From positions 1,792,001-1,856,000 of the forward strand of contig CBDFGR010000003.1 of the NCBI GenBank assembly GCA_965247115.1: 64,000 nt of DNA. Reading direction: 5' to 3'. The notes under the pieces were generated by a model. The model did not search any database and was not told the origin of the DNA. It saw only the letters and a program-made list of their open reading frames with translations. Within the stretch, counting starts at the first letter, position 1. The number at the start of each line of letters is the position of its first letter. This stretch comes from Myxococcota bacterium (lineage in GTDB: Bacteria; Myxococcota_A; UBA9160; SZUA-336). The position numbers and the translations under genes are program-made. Of the stretch, positions 38,702-48,711 are shown piece after piece.

Positions 38702-39577
38702 ATGCCCGGTGAGCTGCTCGGCGTTCTGGCGCCAACCTTCGTATGTGCCGCTCTCGGCTGGGGCTGGGGGCGTTGGGGCCCCGGCTACGACACTGTTCTG
38801 ATCACGGCGCTGATCAGCAATATCGGCGCTCCCTGCCTCGTCTTCTCGGAGCTGACCGCTCTCGACGTCGAGCCGGCGGCGCTGCTCCAGATGGCGGTCG
38901 GCGCGGGGCTGGCTCTTCTGAGCTTTGCTACAGCCGGGGCCATCATTCTGCGCGTCTGGGGCTTGCCGGCGCACACCTACCTCGCGCCACTGATGTTTGG
39001 AAATGCCGGGAACCTGGGGATGTCCCTCTGCCTGTTCGCGTTCGGAAGGGAGGGGCTGACCCTCGGCGTCTGCTTCTTCGCGGTCATGGCGACGGCGCAT
39101 TTCACCATCGGGATCCTGATCTGGTCCGGCCGTCTCTCGCTAGGCGAGCTACTGCGCAACCCGCTCTTCGGTGCGGCGCTGCTCGCCATCCTGGTGCTGG
39201 CGAGCGAGCTGCGCGTGCCGCTCTGGCTTCGAAACACCACCGAGCTGCTCGGCGGGCTGACGATCCCGCTCATGCTGCTCACGCTGGGCGTGTCGATCGG
39301 CGAGCTCAGGGTGGCGCGACTGCCCCGGACGATCGTGCTGTCGCTTCTGCGCCTGGGCATGGGTGCCCTGGTGGGCTTTGGTCTGGCCGAGGTACTCGGC
39401 TTCGAGGGAACCAGCAGGGGCGTGCTAATTCTCCAGTGCTCCATGCCTGCTGCGGTCTTCAACTACCTATTCGCGCAGCGCTACGGCCGCTCCCCCGAAC
39501 AGATCGCGAGCATCGTGGTGGTCTCGACGCTGCTCGCCTTCCTGCTCTCCCCCTTGCTGCTGGCCAGTCTGCTCTAG
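38702..39577 (+). CDS. AEC (auxin efflux carrier) family transporter
   Basis: PCLVFS, GNAGNLGM, IPLMLLTLG, MPAAV. Confidence 0.9.
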   Translation: MPGELLGVLAPTFVCAALGWGWGRWGPGYDTVLITALISNIGAPCLVFSELTALDVEPAALLQMAVGAGLALLSFATAGAIILRVWGLPAHTYLAPLMFGNAGNLGMSLCLFAFGREGLTLGVCFFAVMATAHFTIGILIWSGRLSLGELLRNPLFGAALLAILVLASELRVPLWLRNTTELLGGLTIPLMLLTLGVSIGELRVARLPRTIVLSLLRLGMGALVGFGLAEVLGFEGTSRGVLILQCSMPAAVFNYLFAQRYGRSPEQIASIVVVSTLLAFLLSPLLLASLL

Positions 39578-39626
39578 CGGCAGTCTCTGCGGCTCCTGCC
39601 GCGCGGTTTGGAGCCCTGGCCAGGGG

Positions 39627-40799
39627 TCAGGAGAGCTCGGCGGAGCTATAGCCGAGGATGTTGCGGGCGATGATCAAGCGCTGGATCTCGCCGGTGCCCT
39701 CGTAGATGTCGGTGATGCGGCAGTCGCGGAACCATTTCTCGAGCAGGTGCTCGCGCGAGATGCCGAAGCCGCCGAGGATCGCGAGGCAGCGTTGTGTCGC
39801 GGTGCGCGCCACCTCCCCGCCCTTGGCTTTCGCGATCGAGGCCTCGAGGTTGTTGGCCTGACCCTCGGAGGACAGCCACGAGGCGTGGACCACCTCCAGC
39901 ATCGCCGCCTCGATGTCGGCGTCGATCTCGATCAGCTCCTGCTGGATCGCGCTGCGGCTGTGCTTGCCTGCGCTCCAGTCGACCTCGATGCCCTCCAGGG
40001 CGAGGGCATCCCGCGTGAAGTCCAGGGCAGCGTGCGCGATCCCGAGACCGAGCGCCGCAACCGCAGGGCGGGTCATGTTGAAAGTCTTCATGACACCGCG
40101 AAAGCCGCCGGCTCCCTGCTTGGGAATTGTCTCATCCCCACCGAGCAAGTGGTCCCGCGGAATGCGCGTATCCCGGAACACCATCGCCGCCGTATCGTCG
40201 GCGCGGATGCCCAGCTTCTTCTCCTTGTGTGTCACCTCGAAGCCGGGCGTTCCCTTCATCACGACGAAGGACTTGATGCCCGCTCGCCCGGCGCTCTTGT
40301 CGATCGTCGCCCAGACGACCACGCCGTCGCAACGGCAGCCGGTGGTTACGAAGATCTTCTCTCCATTCAGGACCCACTCGTCGCCGTCGAGCGCGGCCGT
40401 CGTCTGCACGGCCTTCGAGTCCGAGCCGCAGCCTGGCTCGGTGATCGCCATGGCGAGCGAGACGCCACCCCAGCGTTGCTGCTGCTCGGGAGTACCAGAA
40501 GCGCGCAGCGCGGCGTTGCCGAGCCCGCCGCTTCCTCGCCGCATGCGCACGGTGTAGTCGCCCCAGGTCTGGCCCGCTACCACGAGCATGCTGAGCACGC
40601 CCATCGAGCTGTCGAGCTCGTCGCGCTGTGCCATCGCTGCGTAGGGGCTGGCGAAGTCGCTCGCCTCGGGCAGCTCGTCAGGGGCGAATTCGTCCTCGTG
40701 GTCGTCGTAGTAGCGAGCATACTCACGACACACGAGCGCCTGGCGCCGCACCTCGTCCAGGATCTGCCTGTCGTTCTCGCTGAGTGAGAAATCAATCAT
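39627..40799 (-). CDS. Acyl-CoA dehydrogenase (FadE23-like)
   Basis: MAITEPGCGSD, NGEKIFVT, KLGIRA, DIYEGT. Confidence 0.93.
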   Translation of the reverse strand: MIDFSLSENDRQILDEVRRQALVCREYARYYDDHEDEFAPDELPEASDFASPYAAMAQRDELDSSMGVLSMLVVAGQTWGDYTVRMRRGSGGLGNAALRASGTPEQQQRWGGVSLAMAITEPGCGSDSKAVQTTAALDGDEWVLNGEKIFVTTGCRCDGVVVWATIDKSAGRAGIKSFVVMKGTPGFEVTHKEKKLGIRADDTAAMVFRDTRIPRDHLLGGDETIPKQGAGGFRGVMKTFNMTRPAVAALGLGIAHAALDFTRDALALEGIEVDWSAGKHSRSAIQQELIEIDADIEAAMLEVVHASWLSSEGQANNLEASIAKAKGGEVARTATQRCLAILGGFGISREHLLEKWFRDCRITDIYEGTGEIQRLIIARNILGYSSAELS

Positions 40800-40832
40800 C
40801 AGAATCTCCTCGGCGCCGAGAGCGCCCTCTCG

Positions 40833-41942
40833 TCAGAGTGCAGCCAGGCCTTCCAGGACCGTGAGGCTGCGCGCGTTGCGGTACCACATCTCCACCGGGT
40901 AGTCGCGAATGAAGCCGTGCCCGCCAAAGATCTGCAGGCCGTTGTCCGCGATCTTCATTGCCTCGCGGCTCACGTAGGTTTGGGCCAGCGTCGACGCCCG
41001 AGTCGCATCGAGCCCCTGCTCCAGCTGACTCGCGGCCTTCCAGACGAGATGGCGCATGGCGCTCACCTCGATCTCCATTTCTGCCAGCTTGAAGGCGATC
41101 GCCTGCTTCTGCGCGATTGGTTGGCCGAAGGCCACGCGCTCCTTCGCGTACGGGATCGCGAAGTCCTTGACCGCGCGGGCGAGACCGACGGCCAGAGCCG
41201 CACTGCCCATCCTGCAGAGGTTGATCAGGCGCGCGCCGTCGATGCCGCCGTTCCCGCCAAGACGCGCCTCACGCGGAAGCTCGACTCCGTCGAGCTCGAG
41301 CGCCGAGCACGGCAGGGCCTGCATGCCGAGCAGCTTCTCGACGTCGGGAGCGATTTTCAGACCCTCCGCGTCGCGCGGGACGATGAAGGCCTCGAGGCCT
41401 GCCAGCCCCTCGCGCCCGTCGCGGGCGATGATCAGGAAGTGGCTCGCGCGATCACCCATCGGGACGAAGCGCTTTTGCCCCGTGAGACGGAAGCCCTCGC
41501 CCTTGGGCTCCACGGTGGTGCGGAGCTTGCTCGGGTCGAAGGTGAAGTTGGGCTCATGGAGGGCCAGCGTTGCCGGGTGGTAGTCCGCGCCCACAAAGAG
41601 CGGCAGGAGCTGTTCCTTCTGTTCCTCCGTGCCGAAGTCGAGCAGTGGCTGAACGAAGAGTGCGGGCGCCAGCACGGCGGCGGCAAGAGGCGCATCACCG
41701 CAGGCGAGCTCTTCCAGCACGAGCGCGCTCGTCACCGGGGAGCGCTCCATCCCAGCGCCGCCCAGCTCCTCAGGGATCGATCCCGCGACCAGTCCCAGCT
41801 CCCAGGTCTTTGCGAGCAGCTCGTCGGGTACCTGGCTCTGCTCGTCGCATTCGCGCGCGATCTCGCGCAGCTCGGTCTGCGCGAACTCGCGCACCGTCTC
41901 CCGGATCAGCTGTTGTTCTTCCGTCGGTCCAAACGAGATCAT
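40833..41942 (-). CDS. Acyl-CoA dehydrogenase (FadE24-like partner)
   Basis: RVAFGQPIAQKQAIAF, QIFGGHGFIRDYPVEMWYR. Confidence 0.92.
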   Translation of the reverse strand: MISFGPTEEQQLIRETVREFAQTELREIARECDEQSQVPDELLAKTWELGLVAGSIPEELGGAGMERSPVTSALVLEELACGDAPLAAAVLAPALFVQPLLDFGTEEQKEQLLPLFVGADYHPATLALHEPNFTFDPSKLRTTVEPKGEGFRLTGQKRFVPMGDRASHFLIIARDGREGLAGLEAFIVPRDAEGLKIAPDVEKLLGMQALPCSALELDGVELPREARLGGNGGIDGARLINLCRMGSAALAVGLARAVKDFAIPYAKERVAFGQPIAQKQAIAFKLAEMEIEVSAMRHLVWKAASQLEQGLDATRASTLAQTYVSREAMKIADNGLQIFGGHGFIRDYPVEMWYRNARSLTVLEGLAAL

Positions 41943-42646
41943 TGGCCTTCTCCTTGCTCTGCCCGTTCAAGCTGCTGGGGCTGATGGAAATACCAGGCAA
42001 TCGAGCCACCCTGGCCGTCCTTACTGAGACGCCCGGCCTGTACGGCTTCCCGGTCGTCCATGAGACCGAGCGCCAGCAGAGTCCAGTCGCGGGCGTCGGC
42101 CGTGTAGCGCACGTCCGCGCGGTCGGCGAAGCCCTCGCGGACGGAGCAGCTCCCATCCTCGATCCGCACCGTCCAGACACCGCCGGCTGGGCCCGTGAGC
42201 CGCAGCTCGTAGGTGATCTCCACGTCGCGGGCTCGCTCACGGCGCAGCAGAAACGGGAGCGCTTCGACGACGGAGGCGGGCGTGGTCTCCTTGAAGGGAC
42301 CCGAGCTGTCCATTGCGTTCTGGACCCACCACACCGCGATGTCGCTCACGATCGGCTCCAGGGTGCGTCCGAGCTCGGTGAGGGCGTAGTGGGAGCGGCT
42401 GCCGGCGGGAACCGTCTCTACGAGCCCGCGCTGCCCGAGCTGGCGCAGCCGTGTGCTCAGCACCCTTGGGGCGATCCCGCTGCGGGCGCGCAGCTCCTGG
42501 AAGCCTCGCGGCCCCCCGAGCAGATGGCGGACCAGCACCAGGGTCCAGCGCTCGCCGATGAGATCCAGGGCGCGAGCCACCGGGCAGAAGAGAGGGCCGC
42601 GGGACGCGAAGGCCTCTGTGGGGCGGTCGGGCTCTATGGACGTCAC
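41939..42646 (-). CDS. HxlR-family winged-helix regulator fused to an SCP2 sterol/lipid-binding domain
   Basis: CPVARALDLIGERWTLVLVR...YALTELGR; C-terminal SCP2-like GGVWTVRIEDG. Confidence 0.88.
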   Translation of the reverse strand: MTSIEPDRPTEAFASRGPLFCPVARALDLIGERWTLVLVRHLLGGPRGFQELRARSGIAPRVLSTRLRQLGQRGLVETVPAGSRSHYALTELGRTLEPIVSDIAVWWVQNAMDSSGPFKETTPASVVEALPFLLRRERARDVEITYELRLTGPAGGVWTVRIEDGSCSVREGFADRADVRYTADARDWTLLALGLMDDREAVQAGRLSKDGQGGSIAWYFHQPQQLERAEQGEGQ

Positions 42647-42714
42647 TTCTATCTACATACCTGAATTGAGATCATATCGAAATCATATAAAGTATATAAT
42701 AGATAGTAATAGAA
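42647..42714. promoter_or_regulatory. AT-rich divergent promoter/operator region
   Basis: 16 G+C in 68 nt within a GC-rich window; contains TATAAT. Confidence 0.6.
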
Positions 42715-42853
42715 GCCTGCAAGCGAATCTCTCAGTCCTGAACTCGTTGGGATAAGATCCAGGCGACCTCCATAGGTAGGGACCGATGCCAGTCGCAATA
42801 CAGACCGTGGCCCCGGCGGCCCCAGAGGGCGGGGCCCGCGTGGGAGGCCTGAG

Positions 42854-43648
42854 TTGAGCGAGCCCGCCGTCCTCTACGACGCGAAGGACCACATCGCGGA
42901 GATCACGCTCAACCGTCCCGACAACCGCAACAGCATGACGGACGAGGTGCTCGAGGGTCTGCGTGCCGCGGTCGCGACCATACGCGAAGACGCTTCCCTG
43001 CGTTGCGTGATCATCACGGGACGCGGCAACAGCTTCTGTGCAGGGGCCGACTTCAAGGTCGGCGCTCAGCGCAGCGAGCGGGGCGCCGGCTACGAGGCGG
43101 CAAACGAGCGCTCGTTCGCCATGTACCGCCCATTCCTCTCGATCCTGGATATCGAGGTTCCGACGCTCGCGGCCATGCAGGGGCATGCAGTGGGCGGTGG
43201 CCTTGGTCTCGCGATCGTTTGCGACATGCGTGTTGCCAACGAGAGCGCGAAGTACGGTGCGAACTTTGTCCGGCTCGGTTTGCATCCGGGCATGGCGACG
43301 ACCTACATCCTGCCGCATCTCGTCGGACTGCCGCGCGCAACGGAGCTCTTGCTGACCGGACGTCTCGTGAGCGGACAGGAGGCCGCGGAGATCGGTCTGG
43401 CGAACTACGCGGTCCCGGGCGATCAGGTCCTCGCGCGGGCCCGCGAGCTCGCGCGGGAGGTCGCGGCCGCCGCGCCCATCGCCGTGCGCTGGACCAAGAA
43501 GTCGATCTACCGCGCGGCCTCCTGGGATCCGACGCGCGAAGCGGAGCTCGAGGCCCACGCGCAATCGCGCACGCTCGAGACCGAGGACTCCAAAGAGGGC
43601 ATCCGTGCGCTGCTCGAGAAGCGCACGCCGGAGTTCAGGGGCAGCTAG
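42854..43648 (+). CDS. Enoyl-CoA hydratase/isomerase
   Basis: LNRPDNRN, FCAGAD, AMQGHAVGGG. Confidence 0.93.
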   Translation: MSEPAVLYDAKDHIAEITLNRPDNRNSMTDEVLEGLRAAVATIREDASLRCVIITGRGNSFCAGADFKVGAQRSERGAGYEAANERSFAMYRPFLSILDIEVPTLAAMQGHAVGGGLGLAIVCDMRVANESAKYGANFVRLGLHPGMATTYILPHLVGLPRATELLLTGRLVSGQEAAEIGLANYAVPGDQVLARARELAREVAAAAPIAVRWTKKSIYRAASWDPTREAELEAHAQSRTLETEDSKEGIRALLEKRTPEFRGS

Positions 43649-43651
43649 TCC

Positions 43652-44977
43652 GTGGACCGAGGGGGGGTCGGCAGACGAGAGGCTCGGGTGCCCGAAGGAC
43701 GGGCAGAGCGGATCGCCAAGCTCGGCTCGATGCTGGCCGGAATCGCGGGAGAGACCGCGATGGAGGTACTGAGACGTGCCGCAGGCCGCGGCGACCGCGA
43801 TGCGAGTCTATTGATGAGCCCGGCCAACGCGCGGCGGCTGGTTGACACCCTGGCCGATCTGCGCGGCGCCGCGATGAAGCTCGGCCAGCTGCTGTCGATC
43901 CAGGGCCAGGAGCTGCTACCCGAGCCGCTCTCCGAGATCCTCTCCGAGTTGCAGAGTCAGGGCCGTCTCATGCCCGCCAGGCAGGTTCGCGACGTGCTCT
44001 CGCAGGAGCTCGGCCCAGAGTGGGAGCGGCGCTTTGCGGAATTCGACCTGGAGCCGCTTGCCGCCGCCTCCATCGGGCAAGTTCACGCGGCCGAAGCCGC
44101 TGACGGTCGGGACCTGGCCGTGAAGGTCCAGTACCCCGGCGTGGAGCGGAGCATCGCAGCGGACGTCGATAACCTGGTCGTGCTGCTGCGTATGACGCGG
44201 CTGCTTCCCCCTGAGATCGACCTGGAGAGGCTCGCACCCGAGCTGAAACGCGAGCTCCGACGCGAGGCCGACTACCGGCGCGAGGCCCAGAGCACCGAAC
44301 TCTACCGGGAGCTGGTCGGAGCTGACGCCGGCGTCTTCGTGCCGCGCGTGCATGCGGACCTCTCGACCGCTCGCGTGCTCACAACGGATCGTGTACGCGC
44401 TCTCCCGATCGAGGACCTTCGGTCTCGCGAGCACACGCAGGAGCGCCGCGACGCCATGGGCGAGAAGCTGCTGCGTCTGGTCTTCCGCGAGCTCTTCGAG
44501 TTCCGCTTCGTGCAGACCGATCCCAACTTTGCGAACTACTTGTTCGAGCCGAAGCACGAACGCGTTGCCCTGCTCGATTTCGGCTCCGTCCGCTCGCTCT
44601 CGCGCCGCTGGTGCGTGGCCTACGCAAGACTCGTGACTGCGACCGTGGAGGGCGATCCGGCTCGGGTCGTCTCCGTCGGAGAGGAGACCGGCTTCCTGCG
44701 CGGTAACGAGAGTCCCGAGGCTCGCAGGGCGTTCATCGAGCTCTCGGGCCTCATTGCGGAGCCCTTGCGGAGTGCCATGCCCTACGACTTCGCCGGCTCC
44801 GACCTCGCGGAGCGGGTCCGGGCCAGCGGCGTGGACGCCTATACCCGTCAGGAGCTGCCGCGACCGCCGACGGAGCTCATCTTCGTGCACAGGAAGATCG
44901 CAGGGAGCTACCTGCTGCTGGCCCACATCGGGGCCCGAGTCGACTGTAGGGCGCTGTATCGGGAATGCGTCCTGTGA
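43652..44977 (+). CDS. AarF/ABC1/UbiB kinase family protein
   Basis: GAAMKLGQ, AAASIGQVH, AVKVQYPG, QTDPNFAN, LLDFG. Confidence 0.93.
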   Translation: MDRGGVGRREARVPEGRAERIAKLGSMLAGIAGETAMEVLRRAAGRGDRDASLLMSPANARRLVDTLADLRGAAMKLGQLLSIQGQELLPEPLSEILSELQSQGRLMPARQVRDVLSQELGPEWERRFAEFDLEPLAAASIGQVHAAEAADGRDLAVKVQYPGVERSIAADVDNLVVLLRMTRLLPPEIDLERLAPELKRELRREADYRREAQSTELYRELVGADAGVFVPRVHADLSTARVLTTDRVRALPIEDLRSREHTQERRDAMGEKLLRLVFRELFEFRFVQTDPNFANYLFEPKHERVALLDFGSVRSLSRRWCVAYARLVTATVEGDPARVVSVGEETGFLRGNESPEARRAFIELSGLIAEPLRSAMPYDFAGSDLAERVRASGVDAYTRQELPRPPTELIFVHRKIAGSYLLLAHIGARVDCRALYRECVL

Positions 44978-45546
44978 CGCGCTGTCCCTGGGCGGGTGAC
45001 GATCCGTTGCACCAGGCGTACCACGACGAAGAGTGGGGGGTTCCACTGCACGACGACCGGAATCTCTTCGAGTTCCTGATTCTGGAGGGAGCGCAGGCGG
45101 GACTCTCCTGGCTCACCATCCTGCGAAAGCGGGAGGGCTATCGACGTGCCTACGACGACTTCGAGCCCACCCGGGTGGCACGCTACACGTCGCGGCGGCG
45201 GGACAAGCTCCTGCGGGACGAGGGGATCGTGCGAAACCGGCTGAAGGTCGAGGCGTCGATCCAGAACGCGCGGTGCTTCCTCGAGATCCAGAGCGAGGTC
45301 GGGAGCTTTGATCGGTATCTCTGGGCGTTCATCGCAGGCAAACCTCGCCAGAATCGTTTCGAGAAGATGAGCGAGATCCCCACGCAGACGCCAGAGTCCG
45401 AGTCACTCAGCCGAGATCTGAAGAAGCGGGGCTTCAAGTTCGTCGGCCCGACGATCTGCTACGCCTTCATGCAGGCGGTAGGCCTCGTGAACGACCACCT
45501 CGTGAGCTGCCCACGACACCGTGAGCTCGGGAGCGGTGCGCCGTAG
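44965..45546 (+). CDS. tag: DNA-3-methyladenine glycosylase I
   Basis: RCPW, YHDEEWG, QAGLSW, FKFVGPT, NDHLVSC. Confidence 0.96.
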   Translation: MRPVTRCPWAGDDPLHQAYHDEEWGVPLHDDRNLFEFLILEGAQAGLSWLTILRKREGYRRAYDDFEPTRVARYTSRRRDKLLRDEGIVRNRLKVEASIQNARCFLEIQSEVGSFDRYLWAFIAGKPRQNRFEKMSEIPTQTPESESLSRDLKKRGFKFVGPTICYAFMQAVGLVNDHLVSCPRHRELGSGAP

Positions 45547-45571
45547 CCCGCATCTGGTAAAGTCCGCCCCA

Positions 45572-46210
45572 ATGAATCCTCCCCTTGTCCGCAGCTGGCC
45601 CAGCTCCTACCTGTGGGCCCACCCGGCCTGGTTGAGCCTCGTCTTGATGGCGGGCTGCTTCGGGCCGCCCCCTCCGCCGGTCATGACGGTGCTTCCCAGC
45701 TATAACCTGACCAATAGCCGCGCGGAGCCGTTTGGCACCGAGCAGCTGGCTGGGCAGGTCTACGTTGCCAACTTCTTCTTCACCCGCTGCACCACCGTGT
45801 GCCCGATGTTGACGAATTCGATGTCGAAGCTGCTGCGTCGCTACAGGGAAGGTGGCGTCGACGGGATTCGCCTCGTCAGCATCTCGGTCGATGGAGCGTA
45901 TGACACGCCGGATCAGCTGGCTGCCTACGCGGAGCGATTCGAGATTGAGACAGAGGTCTGGTCGCTCCTGACCGGGCCTCCGGAACAGGTTCGCCCGCTT
46001 GTGGTCAAGGGCTTTCGGCTCCCGCTCGGCGATCGGCATGAGGACGAGCGGGGTATGGATATTGCTCACGCGGGTCGACTCGTTCTCGTAGACCGCTGGG
46101 GCCAGGTTCGGGGCTACTATGCTAGCGACGCGTCTGGTCTGAATGAGCTGTTCAAGCGTTCCCAGCATGTGCTCGAGGAGAAGCACCGGCCGCCGCCGCA
46201 AACTTCGTAG
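45572..46210 (+). CDS. SCO family copper chaperone
   Basis: FFFTRCTTVCP (CxxxC), ISVD, distal His (IAH). Confidence 0.9.
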   Translation: MNPPLVRSWPSSYLWAHPAWLSLVLMAGCFGPPPPPVMTVLPSYNLTNSRAEPFGTEQLAGQVYVANFFFTRCTTVCPMLTNSMSKLLRRYREGGVDGIRLVSISVDGAYDTPDQLAAYAERFEIETEVWSLLTGPPEQVRPLVVKGFRLPLGDRHEDERGMDIAHAGRLVLVDRWGQVRGYYASDASGLNELFKRSQHVLEEKHRPPPQTS

Positions 46211-46222
46211 GGTCCGCAAGTC

Positions 46223-47260
46223 GTGAGTCGCGCGCCCAAGATCGGTCTCCTGCTGATCAATCTCGGAACCCCAAGAAGTCCCGAGGTCCCAGACGTTCGG
46301 CGCTACCTGCGCCAGCTTTTGATGGACGAACACGTGCTCGACATGCCGGCGTGGCGCCGCTTCTTACTGGTCGAGCTGGTGATCGTGCCGCGCAGGGCGC
46401 GTCGCTCCGCCGCGAGCTACGAGAAGATCTGGACGCATCGTGGCTCGCCGTTGCTCACGCACGGACAGGATCTGCGCGACCTCGTGGAGGTGGAGCTGGG
46501 TGACGGAGTCGCAGTAGAGCTCGCCATGCGCTTCGGCGAGCCTTCGATTCGCTCGGCGCTCGACCGGCTCGAGGCGCGGGGTATCGACCGGCTCGTCTTG
46601 TTCCCGCTCTACGCGCAGTCGAGCTCGGCATCGACCGGATCCTCGCTGCAGGCTGTGCAAGCCGAGCTTGCGCGACGCGGCTCGGCTCTCGACCTCGCGG
46701 TCGCCCCCGCGTTCTACGCGGACCCGGCCTATCTCGAAGCGAAGCGGCGACTGGCCGCGCCCGTGATCGCAGAGGTCGACCCCGACCTCGTCCTGTTCAG
46801 CTTTCACGGCGTGCCCGAGCGGCAGCTCAAAGCCCTCGGCCTGGGCTGTCTCGAGAACGGCGGCTGCTGTTCGGCCGAGACCGGCCGGCGCGGCTGCTAT
46901 CGAGCGCAGTGTCTCCTGAGTGCGGAGGCGCTGGCCGAGCAGCTGGGCCTCGCCGGGGACCGGTACGCCGTGAGCTTTCAGTCGCGTCTGGGGCGCACGC
47001 CGTGGATCGCGCCGTTCACTGACCTTGTGCTGGCCGAGCAGGCACAACGCGGCCGTCGCCGCGTCGTGGTGATCAGCGGGTTCGTCGCGGACTGTCTGGA
47101 GACCCTCGAGGAGATCCGCATCCGGGGGCGGGAGATCTGGTTGCAAAACGGCGGCGAGGGCTTCGAGCTCGTTCCCGCCCCGAATGGCAACGCCGCGTGG
47201 GTGAAGGCCCTGGTCGAGATCGCCGGCGAGCATCTGCTGGGTGCGGATCGGAGCTCGTGA
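46223..47260 (+). CDS. hemH: Ferrochelatase
   Basis: LINLGTP, FSFHGVP, FQSRLG, GFVADCLETLEEI. Confidence 0.95.
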   Translation: MSRAPKIGLLLINLGTPRSPEVPDVRRYLRQLLMDEHVLDMPAWRRFLLVELVIVPRRARRSAASYEKIWTHRGSPLLTHGQDLRDLVEVELGDGVAVELAMRFGEPSIRSALDRLEARGIDRLVLFPLYAQSSSASTGSSLQAVQAELARRGSALDLAVAPAFYADPAYLEAKRRLAAPVIAEVDPDLVLFSFHGVPERQLKALGLGCLENGGCCSAETGRRGCYRAQCLLSAEALAEQLGLAGDRYAVSFQSRLGRTPWIAPFTDLVLAEQAQRGRRRVVVISGFVADCLETLEEIRIRGREIWLQNGGEGFELVPAPNGNAAWVKALVEIAGEHLLGADRSS

Positions 47261-48711
47261 TGACCGCCCGTCGCGACAACCCCGACCTGCCACACTTGGA
47301 TGTGGCGATTGTCGGCGGAGGCATCTCCGGCCTCGCGGCCGCGTTTCGTCTGCGTGAGCACGGGAAGTCGACTCGACCGCTTTCGGCGCGCCTGTTCGAA
47401 GCCGGCGGCCGCCTGGGTGGCACGATCCAGACCGAGCGGATCGAGGCGGAACAACGCGGCGAGTGCGTGTGCGAGGCGGGCCCGGATTCGATGGTCACCA
47501 CCAAGCCAGCGGCGATCGAGCTGTGCCGCGAGCTCGGGCTCGGCGCTGCGCTCGCTCCGCCCCGATCCGCCGAGGCCTTCTCCGTGGTCCACGAGGGGCG
47601 GTTGCATGCGTTGCCTGAGGGACTTCGACTGATCGCACCGACCGAGCGCTTGCCGTTGCTGCGCTCTGGCCTGTTCAGCTGGCCGGGTAAGCTGCGGATG
47701 CTACGCGAGTCTCGGGTCGAGGGGCGTGACGGGCTCGCGGCGGATGAGAGCGTGGAGAGCTTCGTTGTGCGGCGCTTCGGCAGGGAGGCCTTCGAGCGTG
47801 TGGCGGAGCCGGTGCTGGGCGGGTTGTTCGTCGCCGACGCGTCGGAGCTGAGCGCGGCCCGCACGCTTGGTTCGTTCGTGGAGCTCGAGCGCCAGTACGG
47901 CAGCGTGCTGCGCGGGCTCCGGGACAACGCGGGAGCATCGAGCTCGCCAGCCCAGCTGACACTCGGACACGGACTCGGCTCGCTCGTAGAACGACTGTCG
48001 GAGCGGATCCCACCGAGCTGGATCGAGCTCGACTGTGCTGCGAAGCAGATTCAACCCCTGCCAGGAGCGGGGTGGCAGATCGAGACGGCTCGGGGGATGT
48101 GGCTGGCGCGCCACGTGGTTCTCGCCTGCCCGGCGCCGCGCTGCAGCGCGATGCTGAGTGCCGCAGCCCCGACCCTGGCGAGCGCGCTTGGCGAATTGCG
48201 CTTCGCCTCCTGTGTCACCGTCAACCTGGTGTACCGACGCGGGGAGGTCGCTCGCCTTCCGGACGACTTCGGCTTCTTCGTGCCGCGGTCAGAGCAGAAT
48301 CACATTCTCGCCGCAACCTACGCGAGTGAGAAGTTCGCCGCTCGGGCGCCGGAGGGCTACGTCGTAGTGCGTACGTTCCAGGGCGGTAGGCTCGATCGCG
48401 GCGCGGTCGATCTCGACGATGAAACCCTGGTCGAGCGCTCGCACCGGGACCTGGCTCGTCTGATTGGCGTGACCGGCCCGGCCCGGGCAACCGGCCTGAC
48501 CCGTTTTCACGAAGCCGTGCCGCAGTTCGATGTCGGGTACGCGGAACGCGTGGCCAGGCTCAACCGCGAGGTCGCAAAACACGAGGGCCTCCACCTCGCA
48601 GGAAGCGCCCTCAGCGCCTACGGTCTGGCCGACTGTGTGGCGTCGGGGGAAGCCGTCGCTGCCACGGTCTGTGCGGGTCTCGCAAAGAGGGAGTCACGAT
48701 GGCGGAGCTAG
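47260..48711 (+). CDS. hemY: HemY-type proto/coproporphyrinogen oxidase
   Basis: GGGISGL, EAGPDS, DESVESFVVRRFG, FGFFVP, GLADCV. Confidence 0.92.
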   Translation: MTARRDNPDLPHLDVAIVGGGISGLAAAFRLREHGKSTRPLSARLFEAGGRLGGTIQTERIEAEQRGECVCEAGPDSMVTTKPAAIELCRELGLGAALAPPRSAEAFSVVHEGRLHALPEGLRLIAPTERLPLLRSGLFSWPGKLRMLRESRVEGRDGLAADESVESFVVRRFGREAFERVAEPVLGGLFVADASELSAARTLGSFVELERQYGSVLRGLRDNAGASSSPAQLTLGHGLGSLVERLSERIPPSWIELDCAAKQIQPLPGAGWQIETARGMWLARHVVLACPAPRCSAMLSAAAPTLASALGELRFASCVTVNLVYRRGEVARLPDDFGFFVPRSEQNHILAATYASEKFAARAPEGYVVVRTFQGGRLDRGAVDLDDETLVERSHRDLARLIGVTGPARATGLTRFHEAVPQFDVGYAERVARLNREVAKHEGLHLAGSALSAYGLADCVASGEAVAATVCAGLAKRESRWRS

